Assembly: GCA_041242255.1 (NCBI GenBank)
Contig: JBESAV010000001.1
Span: forward strand, 896,001 to 960,000
Direction of reading: 5' to 3'
DNA: 64,000 bases
Source: Candidatus Altimarinota bacterium
Lineage (GTDB): Bacteria; Patescibacteriota; Gracilibacteria; UBA1369; GCA-2718715
Shown: piece after piece, positions 60,535 through 64,000 of the stretch
Layout: each line of letters begins with the position of its first letter
Position numbering within the stretch: position 1 is the stretch's first letter
Made by a program: the position numbers and the translations under genes
The notes under the pieces: model-generated
The model's database searches: none
Told to the model about the DNA's origin: nothing
What the model saw: the letters and a program-made list of their open reading frames with translations, nothing else

Positions 60535-61497
60535 TTACCTTCTTGGTGGCCTACCACCAGGTAACTCACCACCTGCCCCTCCAGGTGCTGCTTCTACAAA
60601 CTCTCCCTTCAAACATCGAGGAACATATGGATATTCATTTGTAATGAAGTATACATATTCATCACCTACAAAACCTCCATTACACTCATCCAAATCACCA
60701 CTACCTTCCACATAATTCCAATCAGACGTAAATGTTCCAGCTGGTGAGTTTTCATCAACAGATACTACATTTCCACCACCAGGGGTTGTATAACTACAAT
60801 TTACACCACTTCTATCATTTCCATCTAAAAAATAACTAGACTCATAAGCACCCGATTTCGAATAAACCATTAAATGTCCATCAGATGCAAACCCCACATG
60901 AACTATATCGTCATTCGAATCAAAGGCTGAAACAAGCATCTCCGAAACTCCATGATAATGATAAGCTCCACTTGGTTGAACATGGGCATTATTAAAGTCC
61001 AAACCAAGATCAGTCACATCTTGCAAAGCTTCAATTCTATACTGCACACCGTTATCACAATAAGCAACTTCAGCAGTTCCAGGCTCAAACTTAACACCAT
61101 TTAAAGCAACTCCTGGAGTCCTTGCCTCTTTACTAACTCCAGTATAAACAGGATTCAAAGCAAACTCATATCTATCACTTTGCTCTTGAATAGTATTTGG
61201 ATTTCCAGAATTCGGAAAAGCACCAGTCTCATGATTTGGCAATGCATTAGAAGTCATTACTCTTTTATCCCCAACCAACTCTACTCGAACTTGAGTGCCT
61301 GTTGCTTGATTGTCAATCCCATAATCACCAAGAAAATCACTTTCAAAAGCACTTTGTACAACATTTTCTTCTACCAAAGCCTCATCAGCCAGCTCAATCT
61401 CAACTGGAGCAACAGAAGGCTCCATACTCAATACATATATCCCACCTACCAAAACAACCACACCTCCTAACACTGATATAAAAGTATTCATTTTCAT
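60535..61497 (-). CDS. YHYH domain protein, N-terminally anchored
   Basis: SNALPNH.TG.FP...NPN, GVALNGV, NNAHVQPSGAYHYHG, GDLDECNG, YPYVPRC. Confidence 0.9.
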   Translation of the reverse strand: MKMNTFISVLGGVVVLVGGIYVLSMEPSVAPVEIELADEALVEENVVQSAFESDFLGDYGIDNQATGTQVRVELVGDKRVMTSNALPNHETGAFPNSGNPNTIQEQSDRYEFALNPVYTGVSKEARTPGVALNGVKFEPGTAEVAYCDNGVQYRIEALQDVTDLGLDFNNAHVQPSGAYHYHGVSEMLVSAFDSNDDIVHVGFASDGHLMVYSKSGAYESSYFLDGNDRSGVNCSYTTPGGGNVVSVDENSPAGTFTSDWNYVEGSGDLDECNGGFVGDEYVYFITNEYPYVPRCLKGEFVEAAPGGAGGELPGGRPPRR

Positions 61498-61501
61498 AAA
61501 C

Positions 61502-61942
61502 TTAAATTAAACCACTCGTAGCTAAAAAATATCCGACCCCAGCAGCAAAACAAGCAATCCATACCAACTTCCAAATATTCATCTCAAAATTATTTGGCAT
61601 TCTCTGAATAGCACCATCTCTAACAGGATTTAAACTAACATCAGTTTTTTTGCTATTAACTAAGTTCATACTCCCTTTCACATCTGGCTCAACCGTATCT
61701 TGATTAGAACCTAAATACTTCACTCTAACATTAGATTCATCAAATTCATCCGTTTCAATACTATCAAAAAAACCACTAGGCTTACGATTTTCAAACACAT
61801 CTAGTTTACCATCTCCATCACTATCTAAAAATCTTCTAAACTCTTCTGGAACATCCTCCAAAGAGGTGTACTCCTTGTCTCCAACTCTATAAACCGTATT
61901 ATCAGTAAACAAAGAACCAAACTCAACCTTTAGTTTTTTCAT
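61502..61942 (-). CDS. Hypothetical protein with EF-hand-like loop and C-terminal TM
   Basis: DSDGDGKLDVFE; C-terminal IWKLVWIACFAAGVGYFLA; ATG 61942 or 61960. Confidence 0.7.
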   Translation of the reverse strand: MKKLKVEFGSLFTDNTVYRVGDKEYTSLEDVPEEFRRFLDSDGDGKLDVFENRKPSGFFDSIETDEFDESNVRVKYLGSNQDTVEPDVKGSMNLVNSKKTDVSLNPVRDGAIQRMPNNFEMNIWKLVWIACFAAGVGYFLATSGLI

Positions 61943-61991
61943 AAATAGAATTAATTTCATCTATTCTACATCATTTTAAATCTCAATCTAC

Positions 61992-62019
61992 TTGACATAT
62001 TGTAAATCTAAAATAAAAT
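61992..62019 (+). promoter_or_regulatory. Sigma70 promoter of small-ORF cassette A
   Basis: TTGACA (61992-61997)-N16-TAAAAT (62014-62019). Confidence 0.65.
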
Positions 62020-62076
62020 AACCAAGTACTTATTAGTCAGGATTGGCCTGTGCTAATACTTCAATTGGAGGACAAA

Positions 62077-62211
62077 ATGTCTGAGTACGAAAGTAAGGCT
62101 GCCATCGACCATGAATATGTATGGCTCAACGAGAAAATCAAAACTGAAGATCAAAAACGAGAAAAAAAAGATAAGCCTAAACCAAAAGATATAGACCCTC
62201 ACATCAAGTGA
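62077..62211 (+). CDS. Small charged protein A (44 aa), not in the ORF track
   Basis: GGAGG SD at 62067-62071; MSEYESKAAIDHEYVWLNEKIKTEDQKREKKDKPKPKDIDPHIK; flanked by promoter and terminator. Confidence 0.7.
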   Translation: MSEYESKAAIDHEYVWLNEKIKTEDQKREKKDKPKPKDIDPHIK

Positions 62212-62227
62212 GACTTGTACTCCACCC

Positions 62228-62257
62228 AACCGCCGTCATATGACGGCGGTTTTCTTT
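62228..62257 (+). terminator. Intrinsic terminator of cassette A
   Basis: Perfect 24-bp palindrome AACCGCCGTCATATGACGGCGGTT followed by TTCTTT. Confidence 0.85.
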
Positions 62258-62300
62258 AATATCCAATTTAAAATTTAAACAAACCATTCTATCCTAAAGC

Positions 62301-62441
62301 TTATACTTGCACTGCATTGATAATCAAATCATAGACCTGAACTTGAATCTTCCTAAGTAAAATAAAACTAGCATCCAAAAGTCCTCCTCTTTCATCCCGC
62401 AACTTATCAACTATTTCTTCAGCTAATTTTTCTAAATTCAT
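62301..62441 (-). CDS. Possible small protein (46 aa), not in the ORF track
   Basis: MNLEKLAEEIVDKLRDERGGLLDASFILLRKIQVQVYDLIINAVQV; G/T-rich codons like other minus-strand genes; fills the gap between cassettes. Confidence 0.45.
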   Translation of the reverse strand: MNLEKLAEEIVDKLRDERGGLLDASFILLRKIQVQVYDLIINAVQV

Positions 62442-62507
62442 GTCTTCAATCACATCAACCTTTCCATTTCCAAACTTTCACACCTAATGCAATAAATCTA
62501 TTTAAAA

Positions 62508-62536
62508 TTGACAAAATTAAATTCCTAAAATAAATT
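62508..62536 (+). promoter_or_regulatory. Sigma70 promoter of small-ORF cassette B
   Basis: TTGACA (62508-62513)-N17-TAAATT (62531-62536). Confidence 0.6.
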
Positions 62537-62599
62537 CACGAATATCTTTCTCAGAAGATCAAGCATTCCGCTTGCGTCACGAGAAGATAAGGGGAAATC

Positions 62600-62773
62600 A
62601 TGGAAGACTTCGAGGAACTTAGAAGACAACAAGAACTACAAGAAGACGCTGAAGACCTGAAATGGTCTCCACAAAAGAACAAACACCATAAACGCAGAGA
62701 ACAAAAACCTCATAACCACCACCTCGACCCACCAACTAAAATTAACTTCAACGAGGACCTACCATTCAAATAA
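62600..62773 (+). CDS. Small charged protein B (57 aa), not in the ORF track
   Basis: AAGGGG SD at 62589-62594; MEDFEELRRQQELQEDAEDLKWSPQKNKHHKRREQKPHNHHLDPPTKINFNEDLPFK; flanked by promoter and terminator. Confidence 0.7.
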   Translation: MEDFEELRRQQELQEDAEDLKWSPQKNKHHKRREQKPHNHHLDPPTKINFNEDLPFK

Positions 62774-62786
62774 AACTTCCCCACTC

Positions 62787-62812
62787 AAACCGACCCTCAA
62801 AAGTCGGTTTTT
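62787..62812 (+). terminator. Intrinsic terminator of cassette B
   Basis: AAACCGAC-cctcaaaa-GTCGGTTT followed by TT. Confidence 0.8.
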
Positions 62813-62841
62813 CCTTGAATTATAAATTCATAAAATTTAAA

Positions 62842-62868
62842 CTAGCACTCTCTAAAAATGAGTGCTAA
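62842..62868 (+). promoter_or_regulatory. CIRCE operator (HrcA binding site) upstream of dnaK
   Basis: CTAGCACTC-N9-GAGTGCTAA, one mismatch to TTAGCACTC-N9-GAGTGCTAA; overlaps a putative promoter TTGAAT (62815-62820)-N17-TAAACT. Confidence 0.92.
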
Positions 62869-62904
62869 TATCAAGTTACAAATTAAAATTTAATCACTAA
62901 TTAA

Positions 62905-64000
62905 ATGGGAAGAATTATAGGTATCGATCTAGGTACAACTAATTCATGTTTCGCAATCATGCAAGGTGGTGAAGCAACAGTTATCAACAACCAAGAAGGT
63001 AACCGTACTACTCCATCCATGGTTGCCATGAAAGATGAAGAAAGATTAGTAGGTACACCTGCCAAAAGACAAGCAGTTGTAAATCCACTAAACACTATTT
63101 TCTCAGCTAAAAGATTAATTGGTCACAAGTTCGACGAGATCAAAGACATCGTCGACAAACTTCCATATGAAGTAAAAAAAGGACCAAAAGGTGAATGTCT
63201 TATCATCATGAATGGTAAAGAATACAGACCAGCTGAAATCTCAGCAATGGTACTCCAAAAAATCAAATCAGACGCCGAAGCCTACCTAGGAGAACCAGTA
63301 ACTGATGCAGTTATAACTGTTCCAGCTTACTTCGACGACTCTCAAAGAAAAGCAACCAAAGACGCAGGAAAAATCGCTGGGCTAAACGTACAAAGAATTA
63401 TCAACGAACCAACAGCTGCTTCCCTAGCCTACGGTATCGACAAAGAAGGCGGAGACAAAAAAGTAGCAGTTTACGATTTAGGTGGAGGTACATTCGACGT
63501 ATCCATCCTTGAGATCGCCGACATAGACGGCGAAAAACAAATCGAAGTACTAGCCACAAACGGTAACACACAATTAGGTGGAGATGACTTCGACAACGTT
63601 ATAACTCAACACATTTTAGACGAATTCAAAAAAGACCAAGGTATTGATCTTTCTAAAGACAAAGCAGCACTTCAACGTATCAACGAAGCTGCTGAAAAAG
63701 CTAAGATCGAGTTATCTTCAGCTCAAGAAACTGAAGTAAATCTTCCATTCCTTACCGCCGACGCATCAGGTCCAAAACATCTAAATCTCAAAGTAACAAG
63801 AGCCAAACTTGAAGAATTAGTAGATGAACTTCTAGAAAAGACAGTGGAACCATGCAGAACAGCTATCAAAGATGCTAAAATCTATGAATCGGACATCGAC
63901 GAAGTAATCCTAGTTGGAGGAATGACTCGTATGCCAAAAGTAGCAGAAAAAGTTAAATCAATCTTTGGTAAAGAACCACACAAAGGTCTAAACCCTGACG
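62905..64000 (+). CDS. dnaK: Chaperone DnaK (Hsp70), runs off the window end; not in the ORF track
   Basis: [66 protein letters not shown]. Confidence 0.97.
   Translation, partial: MGRIIGIDLGTTNSCFAIMQGGEATVINNQEGNRTTPSMVAMKDEERLVGTPAKRQAVVNPLNTIFSAKRLIGHKFDEIKDIVDKLPYEVKKGPKGECLIIMNGKEYRPAEISAMVLQKIKSDAEAYLGEPVTDAVITVPAYFDDSQRKATKDAGKIAGLNVQRIINEPTAASLAYGIDKEGGDKKVAVYDLGGGTFDVSILEIADIDGEKQIEVLATNGNTQLGGDDFDNVITQHILDEFKKDQGIDLSKDKAALQRINEAAEKAKIELSSAQETEVNLPFLTADASGPKHLNLKVTRAKLEELVDELLEKTVEPCRTAIKDAKIYESDIDEVILVGGMTRMPKVAEKVKSIFGKEPHKGLNPD

Noticed and set aside
62033-62056. CIRCE-like look of leader A (TTAG...GTGCTAA)
   Set aside because: It spans 24 nt instead of 27 and the left arm lacks CACTC; an RNA hairpin explains it better
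62077-62773. Type I toxin-antitoxin interpretation of the small ORFs
   Set aside because: The peptides are highly charged with no TM helix, and no overlapping antisense RNA unit is evident
351-63095. The many 60-200 aa ORFs antisense to or nested in long genes (e.g. 24293-24886, 39251-39850, 51788-52180, 62901-63095)
   Set aside because: They shadow well-supported genes, show no recognisable motifs and are expected from the biased codon usage
1-64000. Alternative genetic code 25 (UGA=Gly) as in Gracilibacteria/Absconditabacteria
   Set aside because: Gly-rich conserved genes (gatA, pgk, gap, dnaK) are uninterrupted under code 11, and TGA ends pgk, DUF2130 and LCP at plausible positions
1-64000. 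tRNA, rRNA, tmRNA, IS elements or prophage
   Set aside because: No cloverleaf/T-loop signatures, transposase or phage structural motifs were recognised, and intergenic gaps are short; tRNAscan/cmscan would be needed to exclude them formally

Overview
Gene-dense, AT-rich bacterial chromosomal segment read with the standard genetic code 11. It most resembles a Patescibacteria/CPR genome, Peregrinibacteria-like by inference: short HrcA, ComEC without a lactamase domain, paired VirD4/HerA-like ATPases, a DUF5667 protein, DUF11 and SLH surface proteins, scattered fermentative glycolysis genes (fba, gap, pgk, ldh) and few Shine-Dalgarno sites. Housekeeping genes (holA, gatCA, ftsX, recO, rel, xth, mraY, rsmH, tsaC, hrcA-grpE, dnaK) alternate with orphan ORFs. 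The + strand is C/A-rich throughout, strongly enough to bias protein composition. No tRNA, rRNA, CRISPR array or transposase was seen. Best novelty candidates: (1) two self-contained small-protein cassettes between grpE and dnaK that the ORF track missed, each with promoter, a shared covarying leader hairpin, strong SD, charged 44/57-aa ORF and terminator; (2) a 14-residue C-terminal motif shared by two adjacent, otherwise unrelated surface-operon proteins; (3) an ECF sigma / FecR-DUF5667 pair with an ECF-type promoter in front of the anti-sigma gene; (4) a structured leader on the DEAD-box helicase gene. All family calls come from motif recognition by eye, without database searches.
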